Notes: generated from the letters alone by a model not told the origin. A DNA stretch of 51,780 bases from Deltaproteobacteria bacterium (GCA_034670305.1 JAXMNT010000055.1:1-51780); one strand, 5' to 3'. Positions 1 to 10,039 are shown, counted from the first letter of the stretch. A program made the numbers and translations.

Positions 1-64
1 GTCCGCTGGGCATCGCGCTCCGATTCGCGCCTCGCCGTCGCGAAACACACGGCGTCCACGACGC

Positions 65-97
65 GGGCAAGGGCACGGGCAAGGGCAACGGCAAGGG
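65..97. repeat. Short degenerate hexamer tandem repeat (GGGCAA/GGGCAC)
   Basis: gggcaa gggcac gggcaa gggcaa cggcaa ggg read directly, upstream of the first CDS. Confidence 0.7.
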
Positions 98-189
98 AGC
101 AGGTCGCTTTTCAGCGACCTGCTAGGGCCGCCAGTCTCGCAAAGCGAGCCAGGCCCGTAGCGGCCGTGGAAATCGTTTATCATCCGCGG

Positions 190-1221
190 ATGCGAAACTG
201 TCCGAGTTGCAAGAACCCTTTCGAGGTCCGCCACGTTCAGGGAGTCGAAGTCGACTTCTGCAAGAAGTGCGGAGGCCTCTTTCTCGACGCCGGAGAGGCG
301 GAAGCCCAGGGCATCGAGACACACGCCCTCTTCGGGGTCGGCGCCGAAGCCGCCAAGGTGGTCGGCGGATCGGACCGGAAGTGCCCCGCCCACGAAGGCG
401 TGATGATGACCGTCGAGGTCACCAAGCAGAACGGGCAGGCGGTTCAGATCGAACGCGCCACATGCTGCGGCGGCCTGTTCCTCGATCCCGGTGAGCAAAC
501 CGGACTCGCGGATGCAGCGCGCCGGGCGGTGAAGCTCGCGTCGGCGGCCGAGGGCAGCGGGTTCGCACTCCCGCCGTGGCTGCAGGGCGGCGCGGGCAAA
601 GCGCCCCCAGCGGCGAGCGTGCTCACCGGACTGGTGGGCGGCGGCGCGATGGACGAGATGCCGGACGACGGTGTCACGCGTTGTCCGCGGTGCCGGGGCG
701 AGATGGAAGTCGACAAGCGAGACGGAGTCGAACTCGACACCTGCATCGGATGTGGATCGCTCTTCATGGATGCCGGCGAGTCCAAAGCATTCTCGGTGCA
801 GATCGAGGCGTTGTTCGGCGCCGAGGAAGGCTCCGCGGTCGATCACGGGCCGTCCGCCCTGCCGTGCCCCAAGTGCCGCAAAGCCATGACCACCCTGAGC
901 ATCACGAGTGTGTTCGGCGTGCTCGAGATCGAAAAGGCGGAGTGCTGCGGCGGGGTCTTCCTCGACGGTGGCGAAGAAGACGCGTTCATTCGTGCCGCCC
1001 GACGCGCCGAGACGTACGCGGCGGATGCCCAGTTCGTCAAAGACGGCGAGGTCGTTGGAGAGACCGCGGTGCAGGCGCATCTTCAAAGGAGTGGCGCGCT
1101 CGCCGAAGGTCAGAAGCGCATGAGCGAAGCGCTCGCCGAACTGCAAAAGCGCAAAGAAGAAGAACGACGGCGCCGAGGTCGGCGGCGGCGCCGCGCGTTC
1201 GGGGACGACGACTACTACTGA
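190..1221 (+). CDS. Protein with four zf-TFIIB-like zinc-ribbon repeats
   Basis: Four units (CPSC..CKKC, CPAH..CCGG, CPRC..CIGC, CPKC..CCGG), each followed by F(L/M)DxGE. ATG at 190 chosen over the ORF start at 166 because TATCAT lies 6 nt upstream. Confidence 0.8.
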   Translation: MRNCPSCKNPFEVRHVQGVEVDFCKKCGGLFLDAGEAEAQGIETHALFGVGAEAAKVVGGSDRKCPAHEGVMMTVEVTKQNGQAVQIERATCCGGLFLDPGEQTGLADAARRAVKLASAAEGSGFALPPWLQGGAGKAPPAASVLTGLVGGGAMDEMPDDGVTRCPRCRGEMEVDKRDGVELDTCIGCGSLFMDAGESKAFSVQIEALFGAEEGSAVDHGPSALPCPKCRKAMTTLSITSVFGVLEIEKAECCGGVFLDGGEEDAFIRAARRAETYAADAQFVKDGEVVGETAVQAHLQRSGALAEGQKRMSEALAELQKRKEEERRRRGRRRRRAFGDDDYY

Positions 1222-1247
1222 GCGGGCGCCTGTGCTCTAACGGTCGG

Positions 1248-3686
1248 GTGACCCGTCGCCCCGCACCTCCACGCAGCCGCGCGCGGTACTTCCAGGTGCG
1301 TTCGAACCGGGTCGGCTCAGTTCTGGCAGGGATGATCTTGATCGGCTCCGTCGGCACAGCATGCGGCACGGGATGCCGGTGCGGTTCGGATCCGGAACCC
1401 GTGTCCGCCACAGCGGAAGAAGGCAACAGCGAGATGGACCGAAGCGATCCCAACGTGCCCGGGGTGTCGACGGATCCGACGCTCGTCGCCGCGCTCGCGG
1501 AGCTGCTCGCCGCCAAGGGCGACGACTACGAACCGCGCACCGAACACCTCGAACCGGACGGCAGCCCCACGTTCACCAACCGGCTGATCGGAGAGACGAG
1601 CCCGTACCTTCTCCAACACGCGCACAACCCAGTGAACTGGCGCGCCTGGGGCGAAGAAGCGTTTGAGCGCGCGCGAGACACCGATCGACCGATCCTGCTG
1701 AGCGTCGGGTACTCGACGTGCCACTGGTGCCACGTGATGGAGAAGGAGTCGTTCGAGGATCTCGAGATCGCGACCTACATCAACGAACACTTCATCCCGA
1801 TCAAGGTCGACCGCGAAGAGCGGCCGGACGTCGACGACCTCTACATGACCGCGGTGCAGGTGCTGACCGGCCGCGGTGGATGGCCGATGACCATCGTGAT
1901 GACGCCCCACGGCGAACCGTTCTTTGGCGGCACATACTTTCCTCCCCGCGATGGGGTGCGCGGTGCGCGGCGTGGGTTCTTGTCGGTGCTGACGGAACTC
2001 GTGCGGCGGTACCGCGACGAGCCGGGCAACGTCGTGGCCGAAGCGCAGCAGCTCAGCCAGCGCATCCAGTCGATCACAGCGCCGCAGCCTCCGGGCGATG
2101 TGCCGAACGCGCGGGCGGTGGCCGCGACGACCGCTGCGATCGCCCGCTCTTACGATCCCCGCCACGGCGGGTTCGGGCGTGCGCCGAAGTTCCCTCAGCC
2201 AAGCCGGCTCGGCTTGATGATGCGCTACCAGCGGCGCTCCGAGGATCCACGCGCGCTCGAGATGAGCGTGCACACCCTCGATTCGATGGCGAACGGCGGC
2301 ATGTACGACCACGTCGGCGGGGGGTTCCACCGCTACTCGACCGACGCCCGGTGGCTCGTGCCGCACTTCGAGAAGATGCTCTACGACAACGCCCAACTGG
2401 CCGTGGCGTACCTCGAAGGGTTTCAGCTCGGCGGCCACCCACGGCACCGCCGCATCGTGACCGAGGTGCTCGACTACGTGGCGCTGGAGATGCGCGCGCC
2501 TGGCGGCGCCTTCTACTCCGCGACGGACGCGGACTCGCCGAACCCGGACCAGGGTGGTGAACGCGAGGAGGGATGGTTCTTCACTTGGACGCCCGACGAA
2601 CTCGACGAACTGCTCGGTTCGAGCGCTCCGCACCTGCGCGCGTACTGGGACGTGAGCGATCGGGGCAACTTCGAGGGGCGCAACATCCTGTGGACCCCGC
2701 GCCCGGCGGCCGAGGTCGCGCAGGAGCGCGGCGTCTCCGAGGCCGACCTGTTCGCCATGGTCGCCGAGGCGCGGCCGGTCCTCCACGCGCGACGGGCCAC
2801 GCGCCCGCCGCCGCTGCGCGACGACAAGATCCTCACCGCGTGGTCGGGATTGATGATCGGTGCGTTCGCGCGCGCGGCGCTGGTGCTCGACCGGGACGAC
2901 TACGAGACGGTGGCGATCGAGGCGGCCGAGTTTCTCCTCGAGACGCTGCGAGACGACGAGGGGCGGCTCATGCGCAGCTGGCTCGGTCAGCCGCGCCACC
3001 GGGCCTACCTCGAGGACTACGCGTTCTTGATCGAAGGGCTGCTCGACCTGCACGAGACCACCGGCGATGTGCGCTGGGTGCGCGAAGCGATCGAACTGCA
3101 GACCGAACTCGACGCGCACTTTCTTCACGAAGGCCCAAACGGCGGGGGCTATTGGATGACGGCCGACGACGCGGAGGAGCTGCTTACGCGCGACAAACCC
3201 TCGAGCGATGGCGCCGTGCCGTCCGGCAACTCGGTCGAAGCGATGAACCTCCTGCGCCTCGCGGAACTCACCCAAGACGACACGTACCGTACAAAAGCGG
3301 AGCGCCTGTTCGCTGCGTTCTCGTCGTCGATCACCCGCCGCGGTCCCGGTGTGACGCGCATGCTCGCGGCGCTCGACCGATACACCGACACCGCCCGTGA
3401 GATCGTGATCGTCTTCGACGACGACGCGGCCCGGGACCGGATGCTGCAAGAAATCCGAACGCGGTTCCTCCCGAACCGCGTCTTGTGTGTCGTGCGCGCG
3501 GATCAGGTGGAAGCAGCGGCCGCGGTGGTTCCGCTGGTCGAAGCCAAGGTGCTGCTCCCGAACAGCCACGCGACCGCCTATGTGTGCGAGCGAGGACGGT
3601 GCGAGCGACCCACGTCCGACCCGGCCGAGTTCGGCCGTCAGATCGCCGCCGTGCGCCCGTACGACCCGCCGCCCCGACCGCTCTGA
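1248..3686 (+). CDS. Thioredoxin-domain protein (DUF255/YyaL/SPATA20 family), possibly exported
   Basis: [55 protein letters not shown] and DDKILTAW motifs. Start uncertain (GTG 1248 or ATG 1332); hydrophobic stretch ending GTAC near the N-terminus. Confidence 0.9.
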   Translation: MTRRPAPPRSRARYFQVRSNRVGSVLAGMILIGSVGTACGTGCRCGSDPEPVSATAEEGNSEMDRSDPNVPGVSTDPTLVAALAELLAAKGDDYEPRTEHLEPDGSPTFTNRLIGETSPYLLQHAHNPVNWRAWGEEAFERARDTDRPILLSVGYSTCHWCHVMEKESFEDLEIATYINEHFIPIKVDREERPDVDDLYMTAVQVLTGRGGWPMTIVMTPHGEPFFGGTYFPPRDGVRGARRGFLSVLTELVRRYRDEPGNVVAEAQQLSQRIQSITAPQPPGDVPNARAVAATTAAIARSYDPRHGGFGRAPKFPQPSRLGLMMRYQRRSEDPRALEMSVHTLDSMANGGMYDHVGGGFHRYSTDARWLVPHFEKMLYDNAQLAVAYLEGFQLGGHPRHRRIVTEVLDYVALEMRAPGGAFYSATDADSPNPDQGGEREEGWFFTWTPDELDELLGSSAPHLRAYWDVSDRGNFEGRNILWTPRPAAEVAQERGVSEADLFAMVAEARPVLHARRATRPPPLRDDKILTAWSGLMIGAFARAALVLDRDDYETVAIEAAEFLLETLRDDEGRLMRSWLGQPRHRAYLEDYAFLIEGLLDLHETTGDVRWVREAIELQTELDAHFLHEGPNGGGYWMTADDAEELLTRDKPSSDGAVPSGNSVEAMNLLRLAELTQDDTYRTKAERLFAAFSSSITRRGPGVTRMLAALDRYTDTAREIVIVFDDDAARDRMLQEIRTRFLPNRVLCVVRADQVEAAAAVVPLVEAKVLLPNSHATAYVCERGRCERPTSDPAEFGRQIAAVRPYDPPPRPL

Positions 3687-4042
3687 TGCTGGCGCTTCGA
3701 TTCGTCAAAGTGGTCTCGGTGCTCTTCGTGTTCGCAGGCACGATCGGCGCCGTGTTGCCGTGGGATATGCCGCACCGAGTGCGCCGGATGTTCGCCTTCC
3801 GGATCGCCGCACCGGGGTTTCTCGCCACCTGGGTCAGCGGGTTCCTACTCGCCGGAATCGCCGGCCATCCCCTGCTCTCCATCTGGGTCGTCGGGTCGCT
3901 CGTCGCGTCGCTCGCCGCATTGCACGGCGTGCTCTACAGCGCGGGCAAGGAAGGCCGGGCGAGCACCCGGGTGTGCGTCCTGACGCTGGTGGCGTTGCTT
4001 GGCACGGTGGCGCTCATGGTGTGGCGGCCGGTGTCGTTCTGA
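3686..4042 (+). CDS. Small integral membrane protein (DUF2269-like)
   Basis: TGATG overlap with the upstream stop; about four hydrophobic segments; ends LMVWRP. Confidence 0.7.
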   Translation: MLALRFVKVVSVLFVFAGTIGAVLPWDMPHRVRRMFAFRIAAPGFLATWVSGFLLAGIAGHPLLSIWVVGSLVASLAALHGVLYSAGKEGRASTRVCVLTLVALLGTVALMVWRPVSF

Positions 4043-4124
4043 GCGGTCGGCGGACGGCGCTGTTCCGAAGAGCCGAAGTGGTCGGTAACGCCGGGCCCGC
4101 CTCTCCGTATACCCTCGCGCCATC

Positions 4125-5576
4125 ATGAGAATCGTCATCATCGGGAACGGGGTCGCGGGCATGGAGGCGGCGCTCGGCGTCGCGGCCCGCAACCCGGAGT
4201 GGACGATCACGATCGTCAGCGAGGAGTCGGACCACTTCTTCTCGCGCACCGCGCTCATGTGGGTCGTGTGCGGCCAGATGAGCCAGCGCGACATCGAGCC
4301 ACTCGAGCGGGACATCTATGATCGCATGGGGTTTCGCCGCGTCCGGGCGCGGGCCATCGGCGTCGACGTGAACGAACACATGGTGAAGATCGCCGGCGGC
4401 CACGATCCGATCCCCTACGACCGGCTGCTCATCGCGTGCGGAAGCCGGCCGCGTCCCGGGCCGTGGCCGGGGTCGGATCTGGACGGCGTTGGTTCGTTCG
4501 TGACCATGCAGGATCTCGAATGGCTCGAGACCGAGATCCATGGCGGTGCGTCGCGGGGCGGCGCGGTCACCCGCTCCGACGCGCACCTCGCGCTCAGCAC
4601 CGAAGACTCGCCCTACCAGCCCCGCAAGTCCCTCCGGGGCGAACGCGGCGGTCCCCCGAAACACCCAGTGGTGGTTGGTGGCGGACTCATCGGGATCGAA
4701 GCGGTGGAAGTTTTCGCCGCGGCCAAGCTGCATCCGAAGTTCTTGATCCGCGAGGAGTGGTTCTGGCCGATGGCGATCGATGGGCAGGAGTCCGCCTGGA
4801 TCACGGAGCGCATGCGCGGGCATGGCGTCGACGTGCGGCTCGAAGAGAACCTCGAGTCCATCGAGGGCGAAGGCGCGGTCGCTTCTCTGAAGACCGACGT
4901 CGCCACCCACGACTGCGACTTGCTCGTCGTCGCGATCGGCGTGATGCCCAACACCGATTGGCTCGAGGGCAGCGACCTCGCCCGCGACCGGGGTGGGCTG
5001 CTCGTCGACGCACAGTTGCGCGCCCGCACCGTCGACGGCGAGGTGATCGAAGACGTGTTCGCCGCGGGCGATTGCGCGAGCGTCGAGTGGTTCAATTGCG
5101 CGGTGCGACCGGAGCAGCTCTGGTACACGAGCCGCGACCAGGGCCGGGTGGCGGCGCGCGGTCTCTGCGGAGACACGGCGCGGTACGCGCGCGGGCATTG
5201 GTACAACTCGGCGAAACTGATGGACATCGAGTACACGACCGCGGGGCTCGTGAACATGAACGTCGAAGACGAACGGAACTGGTTCTTCGAGGAGACCGGC
5301 AAGGTGCGCAGCACCACCCGCATCGTGCTCACGGGCACCGGGGACGACGAGCGCGTGGTCGGGTTCAACCTGCTTGGTCGCCGTTGGGATCACGAGGTGC
5401 TGCTCTCGTTCATCGAACAGCACCGCTCGCTGCAATGGGTCCTCGACCACCTCGCGGAAGCCAGCTTCGACACCGAGTTCGTGCCGCCGCTGCGGGTGCC
5501 GCGCGAAGCCCGTTCGAACATTGGTGGCCCTGCACCGAGCGCCATGCGCGAGCCCGTACAACCTCCCGGAGTGTGA
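4125..5576 (+). CDS. NAD(P)/FAD-dependent oxidoreductase (pyridine nucleotide-disulfide oxidoreductase fold)
   Basis: IVIIGNGVAG, YDRLLIACGS, VVGGGLIGIE, AIGVMPN and VFAAGDCA motifs. Confidence 0.9.
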   Translation: MRIVIIGNGVAGMEAALGVAARNPEWTITIVSEESDHFFSRTALMWVVCGQMSQRDIEPLERDIYDRMGFRRVRARAIGVDVNEHMVKIAGGHDPIPYDRLLIACGSRPRPGPWPGSDLDGVGSFVTMQDLEWLETEIHGGASRGGAVTRSDAHLALSTEDSPYQPRKSLRGERGGPPKHPVVVGGGLIGIEAVEVFAAAKLHPKFLIREEWFWPMAIDGQESAWITERMRGHGVDVRLEENLESIEGEGAVASLKTDVATHDCDLLVVAIGVMPNTDWLEGSDLARDRGGLLVDAQLRARTVDGEVIEDVFAAGDCASVEWFNCAVRPEQLWYTSRDQGRVAARGLCGDTARYARGHWYNSAKLMDIEYTTAGLVNMNVEDERNWFFEETGKVRSTTRIVLTGTGDDERVVGFNLLGRRWDHEVLLSFIEQHRSLQWVLDHLAEASFDTEFVPPLRVPREARSNIGGPAPSAMREPVQPPGV

Positions 5577-5582
5577 ACAGCG

Positions 5583-6731
5583 ATGGACCTTCAAGGACAG
5601 AACGGGCTGATGTCCACGTACCGGGAGCCGTGGCGAACCCGCAACGCGGTGGCGTACCTGGTCGCGTTCACGCTCATCGGGTTCTACACCCTGATGTACT
5701 TCCGGGATCCGCTACACGTGGAGGGCACCGCGTTCGACCCGGACGGCTGGGCCGCTGCGATTGGGCTGCGCAGCCGCTGGCTGCTGTACGGCATGCTCTA
5801 CAGCATCGCGATGATCGGCGGCGCCATCTACTACCTCAAGCGCCACGGCAACTCGCGCTACAACCGGATCCGTATCTCCGTGAACGTCGCGGTGCAGGTC
5901 GTGTTGGCGTTCACGCTCCCGCTCGTGATGCCCCTCTTCTTCACGAGCGACCCGGGTGAGTTCTGGAAGTACGAGTACTACTTCAGCTACTTCTGGCCGC
6001 TCGACTGGTACAAGCTGCACCCCGGCACGCTGCAGAACGCACCGGTGGTGCTCGCGGTCTACAGCATCGTCGGCGCGCTCGTGGTCGCGCCGATGCTCGC
6101 GTACTTCTTCGGCAAACGTTGGTACTGCTCGTGGGTCTGCGGATGCGGCGGGCTCGCGAACACCTTCGGCGATCCCTGGCGACACCTGACTTCGAAGTCG
6201 ACCAAGAGCTGGCGGTTCGAGAAGCGCGCGATCCACACGGTGCTCGCCGTCGCGATCTTGAGCACGTTCCTCCTCATCCTCGATCACCTCATCGGCGACC
6301 AACACCAGACCTTCCGCAAGTACGTGGCGGGCGGCGAGTGGTACTCGATGAAATCGCTCTACGGCTACGTGGTGGGCGCGATCCTCGCGGGTGTGATCGG
6401 CACCGGCTTGTATCCCCTGCTCGGTCCGCGGGTGTGGTGCCGCAACTTCTGTCCGATGGCCGCGGTGCTCGGTCTCTTCCAGAAGCTCGGCCGGTTCCAG
6501 ATCAAGGTGAAGGCCGACATGTGCATCTCGTGTGGCAACTGCTCGACCTACTGCGAGATGGGCATCGACGTGCGCTCGTACGCGCAGTCGAATCAGTCGT
6601 TCACGCGCTCGTCCTGTGTGGGCTGCGGCATGTGCGCCCACGTCTGCCCGCGCGGCGTGCTGAAACTCGAGAACGCGCCGAAGCTCCAGTCCGACAAGAA
6701 GCGCCAGCGGCTCCCGGTCGTGAACCTGTAG
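5583..6731 (+). CDS. Membrane 4Fe-4S binding protein (NapH/MauN-like polyferredoxin)
   Basis: Multiple TM helices; GKRWYCSWVCGCGG and RVWCRNFCP; two ferredoxin motifs, CISCGNCSTYC and CVGCGMCAHVCP. Confidence 0.88.
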   Translation: MDLQGQNGLMSTYREPWRTRNAVAYLVAFTLIGFYTLMYFRDPLHVEGTAFDPDGWAAAIGLRSRWLLYGMLYSIAMIGGAIYYLKRHGNSRYNRIRISVNVAVQVVLAFTLPLVMPLFFTSDPGEFWKYEYYFSYFWPLDWYKLHPGTLQNAPVVLAVYSIVGALVVAPMLAYFFGKRWYCSWVCGCGGLANTFGDPWRHLTSKSTKSWRFEKRAIHTVLAVAILSTFLLILDHLIGDQHQTFRKYVAGGEWYSMKSLYGYVVGAILAGVIGTGLYPLLGPRVWCRNFCPMAAVLGLFQKLGRFQIKVKADMCISCGNCSTYCEMGIDVRSYAQSNQSFTRSSCVGCGMCAHVCPRGVLKLENAPKLQSDKKRQRLPVVNL

Positions 6732-6748
6732 AGAGCGGGGCAGCGCCA

Positions 6749-6826
6749 GCGGACGCGGACGCGGACGCGGAAGCGGATTCGGAAGCGGATTCCGAAGCGG
6801 AAGCGGAAGCGGAAGCGGACGCGGAA
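6749..6826. repeat. 13 x hexamer tandem repeat (GCGGAA/GCGGAC, degenerate)
   Basis: gcggac x3, gcggaa, gcggat, tcggaa, gcggat, tccgaa, gcggaa x3, gcggac, gcggaa; intergenic. Confidence 0.9.
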
Positions 6827-6844
6827 GTTCGCGGGCGGTTCTCC

Positions 6845-6886
6845 GACAACCTGTCCGCAGTCGCAGCCTGCGGGTGCCATGGTGGC
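6845..6886. promoter_or_regulatory. Candidate enhancer (UAS) pair G(A/C)CA-N3-TG(T/G)C
   Basis: GACAACCTGTC (6845-6855) and GCCATGGTGGC (6876-6886) upstream of a sigma-54 promoter. Confidence 0.5.
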
Positions 6887-6942
6887 GCGCCGCCTTGCCG
6901 CTTGGAACGGTGGTCGTGCGGCTGGATGGTGATGCGCGGCGC

Positions 6943-6957
6943 GGCACGGGCATTGCT
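6943..6957 (+). promoter_or_regulatory. Sigma-54 (-24/-12) promoter of the orphan gspC-like gene
   Basis: GGCACGGGCATTGCT matches GGCAC-N5-TTGC with exact GG-N10-GC spacing. Confidence 0.75.
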
Positions 6958-6968
6958 CTGTGTGCCGC

Positions 6969-7850
6969 ATGCGACCCCTCATCCTGCTCGGCGCCCTTGG
7001 GTGCACCGGTCTCTTCTGCGCCAGCGGCGTGACGACCTTGCTCGGCGCGGCGCTCGTGGACGGTGTGCACCCCGCGGTCGCCCGCGCCGAAGCACCGGCT
7101 CCTCACGAACGCGAGGCGCGCCGTGAGGTCGGGCTCGATGCCCTGTTTCCTCCGCCAACCGGGCCGGGCGAGATCCCGGTCTCCACCCCTGCGGATCCGC
7201 AAACCGCCCCACCCTGCGCTGGCGTGCGGCTGGTCGGAGCCGCGGCCGGCACCAGGGATCGCTCTCGGGTGCTCCTGTCGAGCGCATCGGGCACCCGACT
7301 CTTCTCGGTGGGCGGCGAAGTGCCGCGCGCAGACGACGGGGCCACACCGCCGTGGCGCGTCGAATCGATCGGTGTTCAGTCGGTCCATCTCCGCTCGGGC
7401 GAAGACGCCTGCCAGCTGACGATGTTCGGCACCGCGGAGGAGGTACCGGCGACGACGAACCCCCGAGTTGCCGCTGCGGCGACGAGCGGCCGAGCCGCTC
7501 CGACCACGCCACGCGCCAACGAATACGTGATTCGCAACGTCTCCCCCGGCCGCTTCGAAGTCGACGACGCGTTCGCGACCGCGCTGCGCGAACGTCCGAT
7601 GGAGTTCGCGGGAACGGTTCGCGCCGTGCCGCGAGATGGCGGCGTCGGCCTCTACGGCATCCGGCGCGACTCCCAAGCCGCCCGGCTCGGCCTGCAGAAC
7701 GGCGACCTGCTGCGCACCGTGAACGGGTTCGACATGGGCAACATGGACGAGACCCTCGAAGCCTGGACTCAGCTGCAGACCGCGCGAAGTTTCACTCTTC
7801 GCGTGGACCGAAACGGACAGAACCAGACCCTGCAGTACGACGTGCGGTGA
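6969..7850 (+). CDS. GspC-like protein with C-terminal PDZ-like domain (orphan paralogue)
   Basis: N-terminal TM; GVGLYGIRRDSQAARLGLQNGDLLRTVNGFDM closely parallels GVKMYGIRRNSLLGRLGVQNGDMLRTINGYDM of the operon GspC. Confidence 0.8.
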   Translation: MRPLILLGALGCTGLFCASGVTTLLGAALVDGVHPAVARAEAPAPHEREARREVGLDALFPPPTGPGEIPVSTPADPQTAPPCAGVRLVGAAAGTRDRSRVLLSSASGTRLFSVGGEVPRADDGATPPWRVESIGVQSVHLRSGEDACQLTMFGTAEEVPATTNPRVAAAATSGRAAPTTPRANEYVIRNVSPGRFEVDDAFATALRERPMEFAGTVRAVPRDGGVGLYGIRRDSQAARLGLQNGDLLRTVNGFDMGNMDETLEAWTQLQTARSFTLRVDRNGQNQTLQYDVR

Positions 7851-7861
7851 ACCCCCAACCG

Positions 7862-8998
7862 ATGGCGCAGTGGGACGATTTCCCGCAGCCTGCAATCGTG
7901 GCCGACACCTCGCTGGAAGAACGGGTCCTTGCCGTCGACAAGTTGATCCAGGGCGGACCCGATCGATTCGTCCAGGTGGTCGAGCTGCTTCAGTCGCTCG
8001 GACCCGCCACGGTCGAGGGGTTCTTGCGCGGCGCCCAGTGGGCACCGAATGCGAGCACGTTCTTCCCCAACGCCGTCCGACTCGAACTCAACCGCATCGG
8101 ATTGGCCGGCGCGTCTGCCCTCGCCAGCACCATCGCAGTCGCGGTCATGGGCGCGGTTCCACGAAGGGACTGGACACCGTTGATGACGGCGCGCTGGCAG
8201 GACCGAGCGGGGGCACTGTCACTGCGGGGCCGCTTTCCGCCGGAGCTCTTCGAGTATCTGGCAGCGCTCGAATTGGACGCGCTCCAACTGGACGATCCCT
8301 ACAGCGTGGAGGGCATCGGTGACCTCGTCGGCACGCTGAGCGGGTTGCGGGTGAGCGGCGCACGATGGCCTTCGCGGAGTTCGACGCGCGGCGGCGTCGC
8401 CTCGTTTCACCGCCTTGCGCAACTCAAGCGGCTCTCGCTTCAACTCGGACGCTGGACCTCGGGCGACGTGGACGCGTTGCCCCACGTGACCGAGTTGTGG
8501 ATGTGCGCGCCCACCCGCCAGACCCCGGGACACCTGGAGCGGCTCGAGGCGCGGAAAGAACTGCGCACCTTGGTGCTGGACCGGGTGTCGCTCGGGGGGG
8601 TCCAGGGGCTGAAGCAGTTGCGCGAGCTCCGAGCCACCATCTACCTGCCGCAGCAGCTGGAGTTCTTGAAGGCGCTGCCCCTGGTGGCGCTCGGACTCAA
8701 CATGGAGGCCGGAGCGAGTCCATCGCTCCCTGCCACGGTGCGGCGGTTGTCGCTCACAACCGAAGAACGCACGCCCCTTCGACTGGCTGGCCTGCCCGAG
8801 TTGCGAAGTTGCCGGATCAGCGGACCCATGAACAGCATCACGATCACGGACTCGCCCAAGCTGCGCCGGCTGTCCATCCTCGCTCCGGGCCTCCTGCGGG
8901 TGGAGGCGGCGGGCGCCCGGTGCGTTCTGACGCTCGAGCGCGGATCTGCCCTAGCCACGCCCACCGTCTCGGCCGGCATCGAACTCAGAAGAGCGTGA
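7862..8998 (+). CDS. Hypothetical protein with degenerate leucine-rich repeats
   Basis: LxxLxL-type units (LKRLSL, LRTLVL, LRELRA, VRRLSL, LRRLSI); overlaps the convergent gene by 14 nt. Confidence 0.55.
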   Translation: MAQWDDFPQPAIVADTSLEERVLAVDKLIQGGPDRFVQVVELLQSLGPATVEGFLRGAQWAPNASTFFPNAVRLELNRIGLAGASALASTIAVAVMGAVPRRDWTPLMTARWQDRAGALSLRGRFPPELFEYLAALELDALQLDDPYSVEGIGDLVGTLSGLRVSGARWPSRSSTRGGVASFHRLAQLKRLSLQLGRWTSGDVDALPHVTELWMCAPTRQTPGHLERLEARKELRTLVLDRVSLGGVQGLKQLRELRATIYLPQQLEFLKALPLVALGLNMEAGASPSLPATVRRLSLTTEERTPLRLAGLPELRSCRISGPMNSITITDSPKLRRLSILAPGLLRVEAAGARCVLTLERGSALATPTVSAGIELRRA

Positions 8999-10004
8999 GC
9001 TGCGGGCTCGGCCGCCGGAAGGTCGTCGCGGTTGGTTTGGGGGCTTCGGCGGAGTGGCCGCGCGACAACCCGAGCCGCCGTGCGTGGAGATCGAAGAGGG
9101 ATTCGATGGCTTGCCACCGCGGGCCGTGGCCGCGCATGCGTTCGCCGAAGCGCATCGCGTTCTGACCGGTGCGGCAGGATCGGGTGGCGTTGCGGACCTT
9201 CTCGGCCCGGAGCGGGAACGCTTCTTCGAGCCGGTGGTCGAACACCGGCAGCACCCGGGGGGCGAGGCGCAAGAGGATCAGCGACGCGTGTTTCGTGCCC
9301 GCGTTCGCGGCGGCCTCGAGCACCGCCGGGATCTGATCGTCGTTCAAGCCAGGGATGACCGGACCGATTGCGGCAGTGGTGGGGACGCCCGCTTCTTCCA
9401 ACAGCCGCAAGGTCTCGAAACGTTTCGACGGGGGGCTGGCGTTCGGTTCGATGAGGCGCGCCATCGCGTCGTCGCTGAAGGCGACCGAGACGGCGACGTG
9501 GGCGCTCGCGTGCCGGTGCAGCTCGACCAGCAGATCGATGTCGCGCCGGACGAGTTTGCTCTTGGTGATGATCATCACCGGGTTGCGGTACTCGAGGCAC
9601 GTCTCGAGACACGAGCGGGTCAGTTCGTAGCTCGCCTCGAGTGGCTGGTAGCAGTCCGTGTTGCCACTGAAGAGAATGGCTTCGCCCGCCCACGACTTCT
9701 TGTCGAAGCGGATGCGCAGTTGCTCCGCGATGTTGGTCTTCACCACGATCTTTCGATCGAAGTCGGTGCCGGCGCCGAACCCCCAGTACGGGTGCGTGGC
9801 CCGCGCGTAGCAGTACGCGCACGCGTGAAAACAGCCGCGGTACGGATTGAGGCTCCAACGGAACCCGAGGTCGGGGCTGTCGTTCTTCGAGAGCGCGGAC
9901 TTGGCCCGTTCCTCGAAGACCTCGAGTTCGGCGGGTGGAGCCGGCCCATCCCATTCGAGGTGTGCGAGCTCGAACGGGTTGGGCGGGTTCTGGACCGGCT
10001 TCAC
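8985..10004 (-). CDS. PA0069/Rv2578c-family radical SAM protein (SplB-like, putative DNA repair)
   Basis: SLNPYRGCFHACAYCYAR (CxxxCxxC), SGNTDCYQPLE, ITKS, PVIPGLND, C-terminal QLTLF. Confidence 0.9.
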   Translation of the reverse strand: MKPVQNPPNPFELAHLEWDGPAPPAELEVFEERAKSALSKNDSPDLGFRWSLNPYRGCFHACAYCYARATHPYWGFGAGTDFDRKIVVKTNIAEQLRIRFDKKSWAGEAILFSGNTDCYQPLEASYELTRSCLETCLEYRNPVMIITKSKLVRRDIDLLVELHRHASAHVAVSVAFSDDAMARLIEPNASPPSKRFETLRLLEEAGVPTTAAIGPVIPGLNDDQIPAVLEAAANAGTKHASLILLRLAPRVLPVFDHRLEEAFPLRAEKVRNATRSCRTGQNAMRFGERMRGHGPRWQAIESLFDLHARRLGLSRGHSAEAPKPTATTFRRPSPQLTLF

Positions 10005-10007
10005 GCA

Positions 10008-10024
10008 CTGATCATACGTTCAGG
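10008..10024. promoter_or_regulatory. Candidate LexA (SOS) operator, myxobacterial type
   Basis: CTGATCATACGTTCAGG = CTG-N10-CAG with a GTTCAG half-site, overlapping the -10 box. Confidence 0.65.
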
Positions 10025-10039
10025 CAACGGGCCGCGCAA
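10011..10039 (-). promoter_or_regulatory. Sigma-70-type promoter, likely leaderless
   Basis: Minus strand TTGCGC-17 nt-TATGAT, then 6 nt to the GTG start at 10004. Confidence 0.6.

Noticed and set aside
576-1247. N-terminal extension of the 1036-aa ORF
   Set aside because: Arg-rich shadow frame overlapping the zinc-ribbon gene; family similarity begins after about 1430.
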